A stretch of DNA of 64,000 nt from an uncultured Poribacteria bacterium (GTDB lineage Bacteria > Poribacteria > WGA-4E > WGA-3G), in contig CATQHZ020000001.1 in NCBI GenBank assembly GCA_958296135.2, positions 2,112,001 to 2,176,000 on the forward strand, written 5' to 3'. Positions 31,146 through 41,918 of the stretch are shown here, piece after piece. The position numbers were made by a program, and so were the translations under genes. The stretch's first letter is position 1; each line of letters starts with the position of its first letter. A model generated the notes under the pieces. The model was not told the DNA's origin. It was given only the letters and a program-made list of their open reading frames with translations, and did no database searches.

Positions 31146-34100
31146 TTAAAAATCCAGACTCACCCCCACCATAATCAGGCGCGGCGAGCTCCACGATGTC
31201 GGATCGGCGTGTTTCTTGCCGTTCAACGGGATGCCATACCGGTCATACGTCACCGGATCGATCAGGTCATAGAGGTTTTTCGTGTTGAAGACGTTCCGGA
31301 TGTCGGCGAAGAAAGTATACGTCAACCCGCCAATGCGGCTCCGCTTGCTGACGAGCGCGTCAACGTTGTAAGTCGCCGGATACCGCTTGGAGTTCACGTC
31401 AGGTTTGATGGGTGCCCCCGGATTCGGCGTGTAAGGCAAACCGCTGCCATACCGGCCAATCAGGTTTATGCCGGCATCAAACGGCAGCTGGATATCCAAC
31501 GTCGCTGCAACGACATGCCGCTGATCCCAACTTAACGGATGACTCTCTGTCACTTCGGGCTGCTGATAATAGTAGGTGAGGTAGCCGAGACTGCGACTGG
31601 AGCCTTTCCCTTTCGCAACGGAATAGGTGTAACTGAGCGAGCCGGAAACGGGTGCCCGTCCTGTGCGCCACTTGCGGATTGTCACCTCGAACCCTTGCAC
31701 GCGCCCGTAAATGTCGTTAATAAAATAACTGTAATCGTTGGTAATATCAACGTGGACACTACTGACTAACTTATCAATATCCTTGGTAAATCCGGTGAGA
31801 GCTACGGTTAAGTCATCGGTGAATTGCTGCGCGATGCCGACTTCATAAGCGATAGTTCTCTCCGGCTCCAGGTCTGGATTGCCGCGCCTGCGGACCGCGC
31901 CGCGCATATCAAAGCTGAGATTCTCATACAAATCATCGGCGCGCGGCATCTGGTAATAGTGCCCATACGTAAAGTGCAACTTCGCGCGTTCCGTAATCGG
32001 GAATGAGATGCCGAGGCGAGGCGCAATGCTCTGTTTGACAGTCGCCGCCACTGGGTTCTTGATAACCGGCAGCCCTACCTTGTAAACGCTTTTATCTAGT
32101 TTAATCGTGCCATCCGTGTTGAGTTCAATCGGGTCGAGCGGATCGGCGGGGGAGACACCATCTGGCGCATAGAGCTCATACCGCACGCCGGCGTTGACAA
32201 TCATCCCCGCGTATTCCATCTTGTCCTGCGCATAGACGCTGAGGGAGACAGGATTCACATCGTAAAACTCCATGTAGAGGTTTGAACTGCCATAATTGGT
32301 AGCACCTAAATTATAGATGTTGTGCGCCGAAAATTCAACCCCAGTTTGGAGAAGATGATTTTGGGTGACTTGGCTGACAAAATCTGCCTTGAGGATATTC
32401 GTGGTAGAATTGCGCGTCGTCCAAGAATTGTCATCACCCGCAATGAGGTAGTTCGTATCGTTATATGCCTGCTGCGTCGGGTTCCGAATCCGTCCTTCCG
32501 CCTGATTCTGCTCAAACGATTTCTCCGGATCCCATGCGTTATCGTTGAACGTTTTATTCAGCGGGTCCCACAATTTATCGGGTTGGCGGCTCTCAAATGC
32601 ACGCCGAAATTGCCCAAACGTCACAGTGTAAAATGTGCCAGAGTTGAGGTTATGCGAGAGCTGCACGGACATGCTTCGGGCATCTCTATCTCCGACCGGA
32701 ATTGCACCCGGCAGAAAGCGTAACCTGCCGCCGTAGGAGTGGGTTTCCCGCTGGTCAAAGAGCCCACTTGCGCTCAACTTGAGTGCCGGCGTCACTTCAA
32801 ACTTCAGTTTGCCCTGAAGGGTGTATCCCATTCCACCGTCGTTAGGAAGGTAACTTTCATCGCGCCGCAGTTGGCTGGCGAAGGAAAACGTCAACCGATT
32901 CCCCCAGATGGGCCCGCTGAGAGCGAATTCACCGATATGACTGGGGCTCAAATCATAACTTTTCGTATTGTTGGAAAGCCCACTATACTGGTTCAGATCG
33001 ACGACGTAGCCGTCTAACAACGTAACCTGCTTTTTTTCGTAGTCAATGAGGGTGCCATCCGTGTCTTTGTAAGGCTGGCGCGCCATAAGCGTCTCGCCAG
33101 TATTCAGATCGACCTTAGGTTCGCCTGTCGCTTCGTCTATGACAGGTAGAAGTGGGTTTTCTGTCTTGTCGGCATAGACACCCGGCACAATCTGGGTAAA
33201 GACTACCTGCTCTTCGCCTTCACGCGATGCCAATTCGCCGACTGTAACAGTGTCACCCCGATAAGGTGTCTGATAATCGTAAGGTTTGCCGAGGAAAATG
33301 CCTCTGAAGGGTTCAAGGGCAACAGGACGAAATCCGTTGTCCGGGTCGCGCCAAGGGCCATAGAGCGGTTCGCCGTGGTGCGTCATCCATTGCCCGACAC
33401 GGTATCGGATTCTACCAGAAAACTTCTGTGTGCCAACTTTCGTGATGAGATTGATGATGCCAGATTGCGCGTCGCCGTGCTCGGCATTGAAACCGCCCGT
33501 GATGATTTCCATCTGCTCAAGCGCGTTAGTACTGATACTCACGCCGAGCCCTCTACCAATCGGATCGTTGACGGGGATGCCGTCAATCAGATATTTGATT
33601 TCCATAGAGCGGCCGCCGCGAATGTGTAGGGTGCCAGTCGAGTTGAGAACCGAAACGCCCGCCTGCGTTGCGATAATGCCGTTGACAGTATCGCGCGGCA
33701 TCGCGGCAATATCTTCCGCGTCAAGAATCTTCGTCGTCTGCGTTACATCCTTCTTAATCAGCGGTTTCGCGGCGGTTACGGTGATGCCTTCTAGTTGAAC
33801 AACCGCACTCGCCAAGGCGAAGTCCAATGTCGTCGTCAGTCCGGCTAAAACTGTCGCGCGCATTACAGTCTCGGAAGCGTAGCCGATGCGTTCAATTTTC
33901 ACATCGTAACTACCCGGCGCAATATTGGTGATGACGTAATAGCCATCCTCGTTTGTCGTCGTGGTGATGCTCGTCCCGACAACGGTTACCGTCGCATTTG
34001 TTAGCGGCGTGTTTGTCGTCTCATCGGTAGCAACACCGGAAATCTTGCCGGTAATGGCGGCTGCGGCATCCTGCGCGCCGGCCACGGATAAGCCTAATAT

Positions 34101-34148
34101 CACAATGCTCAGGAAAAAAAACCAGTTTCTCAAGATATTATTTCTCAT
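31146..34148 (-). CDS. TonB-dependent receptor with N-terminal carboxypeptidase-regulatory-like domain
   Basis: Signal peptide; GKISG; HIRGGR...YLIDG; TGGFNAE.G.AQSG; GNPDLEPE; terminal F. Confidence 0.9.
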   Translation of the reverse strand: MRNNILRNWFFFLSIVILGLSVAGAQDAAAAITGKISGVATDETTNTPLTNATVTVVGTSITTTTNEDGYYVITNIAPGSYDVKIERIGYASETVMRATVLAGLTTTLDFALASAVVQLEGITVTAAKPLIKKDVTQTTKILDAEDIAAMPRDTVNGIIATQAGVSVLNSTGTLHIRGGRSMEIKYLIDGIPVNDPIGRGLGVSISTNALEQMEIITGGFNAEHGDAQSGIINLITKVGTQKFSGRIRYRVGQWMTHHGEPLYGPWRDPDNGFRPVALEPFRGIFLGKPYDYQTPYRGDTVTVGELASREGEEQVVFTQIVPGVYADKTENPLLPVIDEATGEPKVDLNTGETLMARQPYKDTDGTLIDYEKKQVTLLDGYVVDLNQYSGLSNNTKSYDLSPSHIGEFALSGPIWGNRLTFSFASQLRRDESYLPNDGGMGYTLQGKLKFEVTPALKLSASGLFDQRETHSYGGRLRFLPGAIPVGDRDARSMSVQLSHNLNSGTFYTVTFGQFRRAFESRQPDKLWDPLNKTFNDNAWDPEKSFEQNQAEGRIRNPTQQAYNDTNYLIAGDDNSWTTRNSTTNILKADFVSQVTQNHLLQTGVEFSAHNIYNLGATNYGSSNLYMEFYDVNPVSLSVYAQDKMEYAGMIVNAGVRYELYAPDGVSPADPLDPIELNTDGTIKLDKSVYKVGLPVIKNPVAATVKQSIAPRLGISFPITERAKLHFTYGHYYQMPRADDLYENLSFDMRGAVRRRGNPDLEPERTIAYEVGIAQQFTDDLTVALTGFTKDIDKLVSSVHVDITNDYSYFINDIYGRVQGFEVTIRKWRTGRAPVSGSLSYTYSVAKGKGSSRSLGYLTYYYQQPEVTESHPLSWDQRHVVAATLDIQLPFDAGINLIGRYGSGLPYTPNPGAPIKPDVNSKRYPATYNVDALVSKRSRIGGLTYTFFADIRNVFNTKNLYDLIDPVTYDRYGIPLNGKKHADPTSWSSPRLIMVGVSLDF

Positions 34149-34194
34149 AGCAACTCCCTCAGGATTTACGCGAAAATCTCGTTCTGCGTAACTC

Positions 34195-34944
34195 CTACAA
34201 AGTTCTCTCAATAAATCTAAGGCTTTTGAGTTTCCTTTCGGTGTGGTATTCAATAAAACTGCCGAGCGCGCGCTTGAGTTCACGATGGTTGCGTTCTGAT
34301 GCGCGGATGCGGTTTAATCCGCCGAGTTCCGATTTTCGGAGCATCTTCAGCAATTCGCAACTTCCCTGTGCCATCGAAAATGTGGAAGCGTCGCGATACT
34401 CGCACTGCCTACAGAGCATCCCGCCGTGCCGCACGCTAAATGCCAACAATTGCCCGGCAAGGGTTGAACTACAATAGGCACATCGCGAGAGCCGCGGTCC
34501 GTAGCCTGCACAATCCAGAAACCTGAGCTCAAACGCGCGCGCGAGCAGTGGCACATCGGTAGCCTGTGCTAAACATTGATAGGTGCTTTGCAGTAAATCG
34601 AAAATCTCAGGATTCGCGGCACCCTCCGACGCAATCGCATCCACCAATTCGGCGAAATAACAGCCGTAGGTGATACGCGTGAAATCGGCGCGAATTGCGT
34701 CAAACCCGTTGATGAGACTAAAGTCGGTGATGCTTTGCAATTCCCGATTTTCGCGGTGATCAAAAAGAAGGGTGCCGTGGTTGAGGAGCTCTAAGCTGCC
34801 GCCGAGTCGGCTTTTCGCGCTTTTTACACCGTAAGCCACAGCCTTCACTTTACCAAAATCCGGCGTATAGAAGGTGATAATCTTATGAAATTCGCGGAGG
34901 GGGAAGGTGCGAATCACAATAGCCTGTGTTTTTTGCGCGGGCAT
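34195..34944 (-). CDS. recO: DNA repair protein RecO
   Basis: AIVIR, GKV.AVA.G, C..C/C..C zinc finger, KLKSL. Confidence 0.92.
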   Translation of the reverse strand: MPAQKTQAIVIRTFPLREFHKIITFYTPDFGKVKAVAYGVKSAKSRLGGSLELLNHGTLLFDHRENRELQSITDFSLINGFDAIRADFTRITYGCYFAELVDAIASEGAANPEIFDLLQSTYQCLAQATDVPLLARAFELRFLDCAGYGPRLSRCAYCSSTLAGQLLAFSVRHGGMLCRQCEYRDASTFSMAQGSCELLKMLRKSELGGLNRIRASERNHRELKRALGSFIEYHTERKLKSLRFIERTL

Positions 34945-35066
34945 GGTTTTCGTCCGTGCCGTGTGGGTGGAGAAGCATCTCGGCTGCTTTAAATGGGTTT
35001 GGAACCTCGTCGGAGAGTCCGTAAGAAATCTCCGACGAGGTTTCAGAGAAGCGAAGTTACGAGAAA

Positions 35067-35141
<75 letters not shown>

Positions 35142-35184
35142 TCAAAAAATGGGATTTGTCCAAACGTCAACCCACACGTTATAT

Positions 35185-35213
35185 AGTATACCACAAAAAC
35201 CGGCATTTGTCAA
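35185..35213 (-). promoter_or_regulatory. sigma70 promoter of tRNA-Pro/recO
   Basis: TTGACA-17 nt-TATACT with extended -10. Confidence 0.75.
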
Positions 35214-35289
35214 ATTAAAAGGTCGATTTCCGCTGTTAGCCCGCCGCAACCTCTTTTTCCGACAACTTAAACCTCACCCGAGACCCGCC

Positions 35290-35418
35290 ACCCTCCTTCG
35301 ATTCGGCACCCAGGGGCCACAAAAAGGGACTCAATCCGCCGCCATGCCAAGTTCCTAGGCACAGAGGTGCTGAAAATAGCGTTCAACGTCCTTTGGTGTC
35401 GCTTATTCAAAGGATACC
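35290..35418 (-). ncRNA. Candidate structured small RNA (6S-like or novel)
   Basis: Lies directly behind a perfect promoter; nested complementary segments; no credible ORF. Confidence 0.45.
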
Positions 35419-35424
35419 TTCTTA

Positions 35425-35453
35425 ATTATACCCTATTTTACCCGTTTTGTCAA
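35425..35453 (-). promoter_or_regulatory. Consensus sigma70 promoter
   Basis: TTGACA-17 nt-TATAAT on the minus strand. Confidence 0.75.
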
Positions 35454-35533
35454 ATTAAATTTTGAAAGTATCTCATCAATACCGGTAAACGCGCCGGAAA
35501 AGCGCGCAAACCGGCGTATTCTGGAATGCCTTA

Positions 35534-36796
35534 CTATTCCGATGGCAGCGTGTTCGGCATCTGGATCTGAACGCGATGGATGCGGCGTTCATCCGCCTCA
35601 ATGATTGTGAAACGGATGCCTCGGTAGACAAACAGCGTGTCCTGCTCCGGCACACGTCCAAGATGGTCCACGACGAACCCGCCGACGGTATCAATGTTTT
35701 CCGCCTCTAGTTCCGTGCCGAGTTTCTCGTTCAACTCAACAAGATTCAGCCTCGCGTCAACGGAGTAAGTGTTGGAATCAAGCTGAATATAGGCATCCTG
35801 TTCCCCGACTTCATCTTCATCGTGGATTTCGCCGACGATCTCCTCAATGATATTTTCTAGCGTTACGATGCCTGCTGTGCCGCCGTATTCATCAACGACG
35901 ATGGCGAGGTGCTGTTTGTGCTCTCGCAGTTCACGGAAGAGTGCTGAAATCTTCTTACTCTCCGGCGTGAAAAAAGGCACCCGGTCGACGATGAGCTGCC
36001 GCAGAGCGATCGGTTCGCCAGCCGCCCAGTATTCCAGCATATCTTTCACGTGTAGCACCCCGATGATGTTATCAATCGTCTCTTCATAGATAGGAATGCG
36101 CGTATGGCGGCACTCAATCGTCGTTTTCAGCACTGCCTCTTCAGGCGTTGAAATGTCTAAGCATACCATGTCTGTTCGCGCCACCATAATCTCGCGCGCG
36201 ACTTTGTCGGGCAGCCCGAGGATACGCGAGATCATCTCGCGTTCGTCTTTCTCTAAAATCTCTTGGCTATCTCCGACACTCACCAGCGTATCTAGCACTT
36301 CTGGTGAGACAAGGCTATCCTGTTCCGCGCGCACTTTGCCGCCAAACACTCGCACGGCGATGTTCGCAATGAAGTCCAAGGGAACAAAAATGACGCATCC
36401 GGCCCAATACACTCCCCGTAGCACGCGGAGTGCTTGGATAGTCGCATTCCCGGAACTACTCTGCACGTAGTTTTTCGGAAACAACTCGGCGAAAATGACA
36501 AGCATCACAACAGCGAGGGCAGCATTTGCCACACGATAGTGGAAAAGCGTCAGAAAAAGGAGGACGCTTACCACCATCAATATCGTTTTCGCCGTGATAA
36601 TCGTGAGCGAGTAGCGTCGCGGTTGGCGCAGCAGGGATGCCAAGACATCGTAACGTTTGCCCTCTCCTTCAGCAAAATTGAGGATATCCTCACGCGTTAA
36701 CCGAGTGAGCAGTGCCTCCGCTGCTGAAAGCAGTGCCGTTAACACCAATAATACCAATAAACTGAACAGTCTGAGGGCTATACCTAGGTCGTCCAA
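35534..36796 (-). CDS. Hemolysin/CorC family protein (DUF21 + CBS + CorC_HlyC)
   Basis: ELFPK, HTRIPIY, VVDEYGGTAGIVTLE, TVGG; TTG start chosen from ggaggt RBS. Confidence 0.88.
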   Translation of the reverse strand: MDDLGIALRLFSLLVLLVLTALLSAAEALLTRLTREDILNFAEGEGKRYDVLASLLRQPRRYSLTIITAKTILMVVSVLLFLTLFHYRVANAALAVVMLVIFAELFPKNYVQSSSGNATIQALRVLRGVYWAGCVIFVPLDFIANIAVRVFGGKVRAEQDSLVSPEVLDTLVSVGDSQEILEKDEREMISRILGLPDKVAREIMVARTDMVCLDISTPEEAVLKTTIECRHTRIPIYEETIDNIIGVLHVKDMLEYWAAGEPIALRQLIVDRVPFFTPESKKISALFRELREHKQHLAIVVDEYGGTAGIVTLENIIEEIVGEIHDEDEVGEQDAYIQLDSNTYSVDARLNLVELNEKLGTELEAENIDTVGGFVVDHLGRVPEQDTLFVYRGIRFTIIEADERRIHRVQIQMPNTLPSE

Positions 36797-36889
36797 ACGA
36801 GCAATAACACCTCCTGGAAATTTTTCGTCGTTCGCAAGGCGTGCGGCAAAGGCTCCCGTTTTTGCCGGCACCGCCGCCGTTGGGGATTG

Positions 36890-37414
36890 CTACGTTTTTT
36901 CTGATGAACTGCTTCCGTTCAAGCGGAGCTCACGTAGAATCGCCTCTTGCTTCGCGAACATGACGGCCTCTTCTTGAGGCGTTTCGTGTTCATAACCGAG
37001 CAGATGCATCACGCCGTGCACCGCCAAAAACGCAACCTCTGTCTCAAGTGAGTGTTCCGCTTCGGTTGCCTGGCGGGCCGCTGTCTCTAACGAAATGATA
37101 ATATCGCCTAGGAGTGACAGAGGCCCTGCCTCGCAGTCTTCGCCTTCACGCATCGCAAAAGCGAGGACATCTGTCGGCGCGAGCATGCCGCGATATTCCG
37201 AATTAAGGAGCGTCATCTCCGCGTCATCTGTTAGTAAAACGCTGACCTCATACGCCGGCGGCGTTGCGCGCTTGGAACGCGCGCCTACCGGGGATGCGGC
37301 GGCGTGCGCCATCAGCGTTGCTGACACTGCCCTGTGAACTATGTCTACGTCACACTCAGTATCCGAGCAGTTTTGGGTGATGCCGATGGAATATGGGACT
37401 GCCTCGCTGCTCAC
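36890..37414 (-). CDS. ybeY: rRNA maturation endoribonuclease YbeY
   Basis: LN..YR....PTDVLAF, LGDI.IS, HG.MHLLGY.H. Confidence 0.92.
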   Translation of the reverse strand: MSSEAVPYSIGITQNCSDTECDVDIVHRAVSATLMAHAAASPVGARSKRATPPAYEVSVLLTDDAEMTLLNSEYRGMLAPTDVLAFAMREGEDCEAGPLSLLGDIIISLETAARQATEAEHSLETEVAFLAVHGVMHLLGYEHETPQEEAVMFAKQEAILRELRLNGSSSSEKT

Positions 37415-38433
37415 GCCGATGCCTCTTGCGCTTCAGCCGGTGCGGGAGCAGGTATCTGTCTCACGTTCTGCTGTGGTGATGCCTGCTCATAAGCCTCAAC
37501 GATGCGCTGCACCAATTCATGCCGCACGACATCAACCTTTGAGAAGTAGATGAATTCAATGCCTTTGATACCGGAAAGCACCTCTTGCGCGTCCGCGAGG
37601 CCGGACACTTTGTGTGTTGGCAAATCGGTTTGTGTGATGTCGCCTGTCACAACCGCTTTAGAATCAAAGCCGAGCCGCGTCAGGAACATCTTCATCTGTT
37701 CGATCGTCGCGTTTTGCGCTTCGTCCAGCACAACGAACGAATTGTTGAGCGTTCGGCCGCGCATGAAAGCGATAGGCGCAACTTCAATGACGTTCCGCTC
37801 AATGTATTTGTCCAGCGCGTCGGGGGACATCATATCATAGAGCGCGTCGTATAACGGGCGTAGATACGGATGCACCTTCGCCGCGATATCACCCGGTAAA
37901 AACCCGAGCCGTTCCCCCGCTTCCACGGCTGGCCGCGTGAGAATAATCCTGCTCACTTGTCCACTCTTGAGCGCGGAAACCGCCATCGCCATGGCGAGGT
38001 AGGTTTTCCCAGTCCCAGCGGGCCCGATGCCGAAAACCAGGTCATTGTGCTTAATCGCCTCAACATACCGTCGCTGCCCGGCGGTTTTAGGCCGGATGAC
38101 ACCCCGCTTTGAGAAGACAGGAATAGACTCCGCCTTGCTTTCCGCCAAGGTGTCGGCTTCCCCGGCTCCCGATGCGCGAATCATGTAGCTCACATCGGTA
38201 GTCTGAATCTGTTCGCCTTTCCGGATGCGGTGCAGTAGTGATTCCAACACGGTTGCGACGCGTTCGGTTTCGGCGGAATCTTCGCCGATAATCGCAATCC
38301 GGTCGCGTTTCAAAACGACGCGCACGTCAAAATCGTCTTCGATGAGTTTCAGGAAGGCATCGCTCTGTCCAAACAGGGCCTGCACTTCAGCATTGCTCTG
38401 GACAGGCACACTCTTCAATTCTTGTTTTTGCAA
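37411..38433 (-). CDS. phoH: PhoH family ATPase
   Basis: GPAGTGKT, RPAVEAGE.LGFLPG, MRGRT, DEAQN. Confidence 0.93.
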   Translation of the reverse strand: MQKQELKSVPVQSNAEVQALFGQSDAFLKLIEDDFDVRVVLKRDRIAIIGEDSAETERVATVLESLLHRIRKGEQIQTTDVSYMIRASGAGEADTLAESKAESIPVFSKRGVIRPKTAGQRRYVEAIKHNDLVFGIGPAGTGKTYLAMAMAVSALKSGQVSRIILTRPAVEAGERLGFLPGDIAAKVHPYLRPLYDALYDMMSPDALDKYIERNVIEVAPIAFMRGRTLNNSFVVLDEAQNATIEQMKMFLTRLGFDSKAVVTGDITQTDLPTHKVSGLADAQEVLSGIKGIEFIYFSKVDVVRHELVQRIVEAYEQASPQQNVRQIPAPAPAEAQEASA

Positions 38434-38695
38434 TCGCGGTTCTAAACCTCCGATTCAGGTAAGGTGTTTTGATGACACCGGTTTGTATCAAAAATCAGAC
38501 GAAAATTGCAGTATGCGTTAATAGGATACCTTATTGTGCAAGAAAATGCAAGAAAATTCGCGGCGGCAGCCCCGGAGCGGCGGAGATGTTCAATTCTCCT
38601 TCGCTATCTCCTCCGACATCTTTAAGACTTCTTTCACAATCGTATCAATATCCGACATGGGTTGCTGATGCCGTTCCTCTTCGTGAGACCTCTAT

Positions 38696-38806
38696 ACACC
38701 GGCGGGGGACAGGCCCCCGCCCTACGGTGAAAGAAAAATCGAACACCTGGCGGATCAACACACCGGCGGGGGACAGGCCCCCGCCCTACGGTGAAAGAAA
38801 AATCGA
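38696..38806. repeat. Two tandem REP units (acaccggcgggggacaggcccccgccctacggtgaaagaaaaatcga)
   Basis: Direct repeat with GTAG-footed palindrome; same family as 42786-43130. Confidence 0.8.
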
Positions 38807-38852
38807 CTGAGCGCGCAGCCGCGAACTGTGCCGTTTCGCACACGCACGCTCG

Positions 38853-39452
38853 CTACTGCCGCCCGTAAAATCTCACCTCACGGATAGAGGCACCTTTCAG
38901 CGGGATTTTGACCTGGTGCGTCTCCTTATTCCGAACCGAATGCTGCTGGTCCTCCATAGCATCGGCACTCAGCCGGAGGTAAAGCACCTTGCGCCCGATC
39001 TGGATTTTGACAGGTGTCTTGCCCTCTATACTTTCATGCTGTTTGTCGTAAACAACTTCAAAGGAGACATCAAGCCGAGGCTCTTCGTCAGTTGTCGTCA
39101 CCAAAGCAAGCGCGGGAACGCGCGATGCAGGGTAGACCTCGACGTAAGCGACATACATCGGCACGTCAAGTTTAATCACCGCGTCTGTCCGCTTAGTCCC
39201 ATCAATTTCGGTCCGATACTGCCGTTGAAGGTTGCCGCGGCGGCCGCTTTCCTCACCAACATGCACATACCCTTTTCGGACCGAACCTTTTACCTTAAAC
39301 GTGCTAATCGTCTCCAGATCTCCATCAACCAGCCCCGGATTCGTCGCGCAGGAAAGCTGCGACGAAGGTATCTCAACGACGGGGGTATCCTGAAGCACAG
39401 CACACCCTGTAACGCCGATGAGCAGAATGAACAAACCGCTTAAGATTCTCAT
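38853..39452 (-). CDS. Hypothetical lipoprotein
   Basis: Lipobox VTGC; RBS ggagg; possibly galactose-binding-like fold (weak). Confidence 0.6.
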   Translation of the reverse strand: MRILSGLFILLIGVTGCAVLQDTPVVEIPSSQLSCATNPGLVDGDLETISTFKVKGSVRKGYVHVGEESGRRGNLQRQYRTEIDGTKRTDAVIKLDVPMYVAYVEVYPASRVPALALVTTTDEEPRLDVSFEVVYDKQHESIEGKTPVKIQIGRKVLYLRLSADAMEDQQHSVRNKETHQVKIPLKGASIREVRFYGRQ

Positions 39453-39624
39453 TGCTTTTTCCTCCTATTATGCACGCGCAAATCGCGGGTAATATAGCAC
39501 AAAATCGTCTCATTTCGCTGTGAATGTCATACAAGAATGAATGTGTCTACTCCCAGATCAAAGTCGGGCTCAGGCGGGCCCGAACGCCAGAGGTGAAGCC
39601 AGAGGTGAATTGAGGACAAATCCT

Positions 39625-40689
39625 CTATGCCTCCTCCGGAAGGAGAGTTGGCGGTGGTGCAACGCCGCCCTGCTCTGCCGCCGTAACGAGCCGCTGCCAC
39701 GTTGCTTCTTCAATCGGGATGCCCTCTTTGAGTCGGCGTTCTCGGCTGCGCTCCTCAAATTCGCCCGGCACGTAGATTTCGTCAACGCCGGGCAGGCGCG
39801 CCGAGGATTTAACCCACGCCACGAGATGCTCTATCTCTTGTTCATAATCGCTTAAATCGATAAAATTGTCAATGTTAATTGCAAACATGACGATGCCGCT
39901 TGCGCCGCGCGTCGGGTTCTCGCGGCTACAGCCCGCCCATGAGAGCCCACCGGCAATTGCATCTATCATGACACCGAGCCCGAAGCCTTTGTACCCGAAC
40001 TGAAAGCCGCCAAGCGGCATCACAGCCGTGTCCGCCGGCCGTTCGCGAAATGCAACCGGATCGGTTATCGGGTTGCCTGCGGCATCTATCATCCACCCCT
40101 CTGGAATCTGTTCGTCGCGCGCGGTTTGGACAAGCAATTTTCCGCCCGCTACAACGCTCAGCGTCATATCAAGTAGCAGCGGTGCACCGTTTTCGCGTGG
40201 CACAGATATCGCAATCGGGTTTGGCGGCAATCGACGCGAGGTGCCGCCGTGCGGATGCATAAACCTCCCGCCGCCATTCAACAGGACGATGCCTATCATC
40301 CCAGCTGCAGCGGCGATTGGCGGATATTCGCCCATGCGGCCGGCGTGCCCGCAGCGGTGTAATCCCACCGCGCCGATAGTGCACGTCTTCGCTTTCTCAA
40401 CGGCGAGCTCCATCGCCTTGCGCGCCGCAACCATGCCGAGCGCACCGTTCGCGTTGATGACTGTCGCCGCCGGACTTTCACGGACGATTTCTAGCTTGGC
40501 CGCCGCCGGGCCGCCTTTCATCCCGCCGATGTAGTTCGGCGCGTTGATGACACCGTGTGAATCGTGGCCCGCAAGATTGGAATCAACGACATGGTCGCTG
40601 ACGATTTTGGCATCTTCTTCCGTGCCACCGGCCGCGCGGTAGATGTCATAGACAAATTTCCTTAAAACAACATGAGATACGGTAGGCAT
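39625..40689 (-). CDS. Ldh_2 family (malate/lactate/ureidoglycolate dehydrogenase-like) oxidoreductase
   Basis: GHDSHG, H.GR.G.Y, NPIA..P, GYKGFGL and PGE motifs. Confidence 0.88.
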   Translation of the reverse strand: MPTVSHVVLRKFVYDIYRAAGGTEEDAKIVSDHVVDSNLAGHDSHGVINAPNYIGGMKGGPAAAKLEIVRESPAATVINANGALGMVAARKAMELAVEKAKTCTIGAVGLHRCGHAGRMGEYPPIAAAAGMIGIVLLNGGGRFMHPHGGTSRRLPPNPIAISVPRENGAPLLLDMTLSVVAGGKLLVQTARDEQIPEGWMIDAAGNPITDPVAFRERPADTAVMPLGGFQFGYKGFGLGVMIDAIAGGLSWAGCSRENPTRGASGIVMFAINIDNFIDLSDYEQEIEHLVAWVKSSARLPGVDEIYVPGEFEERSRERRLKEGIPIEEATWQRLVTAAEQGGVAPPPTLLPEEA

Positions 40690-40835
40690 AATTGTCCTGT
40701 TCCCCGAAACGCTGACATTCGCAGGGAAGTGTCAGGTTTCTAAGTTCCTGCTTCATCACGATGTGCCTCCAAGCGAGGGCTTACCTCAGCACTTTGACGT
40801 GCTAGGACGATGCTCTTTTCGGCATGTAAGGAGAT

Positions 40836-41414
40836 TCAAACTCGCGGCAACTCAAAAAGTTCCGCAACTTGACAAACAAACCCTTCCACAACATCCTCCC
40901 CGGTGAGGGTATCGGCGCGCGTAAGCAGTGTGATGTCGGTTTCAGAACGATAGACGAGCACTGTTTTTGAGCCCGGTTCGATTACCCACACAAGCCGCGT
41001 TCCTGCCTCCAAATAGGCAAATGCTTTCTCAGCCACCTTCCGGAAAGTCTCCGACAGAGAAATCACCTCAACAGCAAGGTCTGGCGGAACTGGGAACGCC
41101 TTTATCAGGTCTGCAGGTAACCGTGGTGTTGAAACAAACGCGACATCCGGTTTTAGCACGCGCTCGCCCACTTGAAAGCCCGTTTCCGCGCAAACCACTT
41201 CACCCAGTTGATTCGCAATGACATAATTGCCGAGACGTATAAAGACTCGAGAACCAACTAGCCCGTGTTCCGCCGAGGGAGCCGCCATAGGTATCAATTT
41301 TCCTTTAACGTATTCGTATCCATCCACATCGCTCACAAGGAATTCATCCAACGTCATCGTGACATTTTCGGGGAGGATTCCTTCTGGCACGAACGGGTGA
41401 GTCTGTAGATTCAT
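40836..41414 (-). CDS. Uma2 (DUF820) family endonuclease
   Basis: E.V.G, PDVAF, PDLAVEVIS, Y..AG..LVWVI.P. Confidence 0.9.
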   Translation of the reverse strand: MNLQTHPFVPEGILPENVTMTLDEFLVSDVDGYEYVKGKLIPMAAPSAEHGLVGSRVFIRLGNYVIANQLGEVVCAETGFQVGERVLKPDVAFVSTPRLPADLIKAFPVPPDLAVEVISLSETFRKVAEKAFAYLEAGTRLVWVIEPGSKTVLVYRSETDITLLTRADTLTGEDVVEGFVCQVAELFELPRV

Positions 41415-41627
41415 TCTCTTATTCCTCCGGTGCTGTTTGTTGCATTTACCCGCTGTCTTCAATTAAAAGTATAACATATCGCAACCGAAATTGCAACAAT
41501 GCAACAAATTGATAGAAAAATATTGACATCACAGACTGAATTGGTGTATCATAAACCAATGTAGGAGAGACCTCCCGGTCTCGATTTCTCCTCGGTGTAT
41601 CATAAACCAATGAAGGAGGTAGCACCT

Positions 41628-41918
41628 ATGGCTTTCAGCGATTTCAAGACAGTTTCTGAAGTCCAAAAAAAATTCGGCATTAGGTACATGCACAAGGACT
41701 TCGTTGCGTCTGAAAATTCAATCCCATCGGCGCATTTTCTGCAAGAATTTGCATTTACGCAGGAGCATTTTGATGTTTTCGCCTCCGAGGCAACCCGGTG
41801 TCAGGCAATTATCTATCCGATTTTACGGGAAGTCTACAAGGCATACGCCGATGACTACGCGCTCTGGATAGAGAAATCCATCGCCCACGATGAAACTTTG
41901 AGTAGGCGCGGTTTGTAA
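41628..41918 (+). pseudogene. Truncated hypothetical protein, cut by a REP
   Basis: Strong RBS and promoter (TTGACA 41523, TATCAT 41547); ORF runs into a REP palindrome at about 41902 and stops. Confidence 0.5.
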
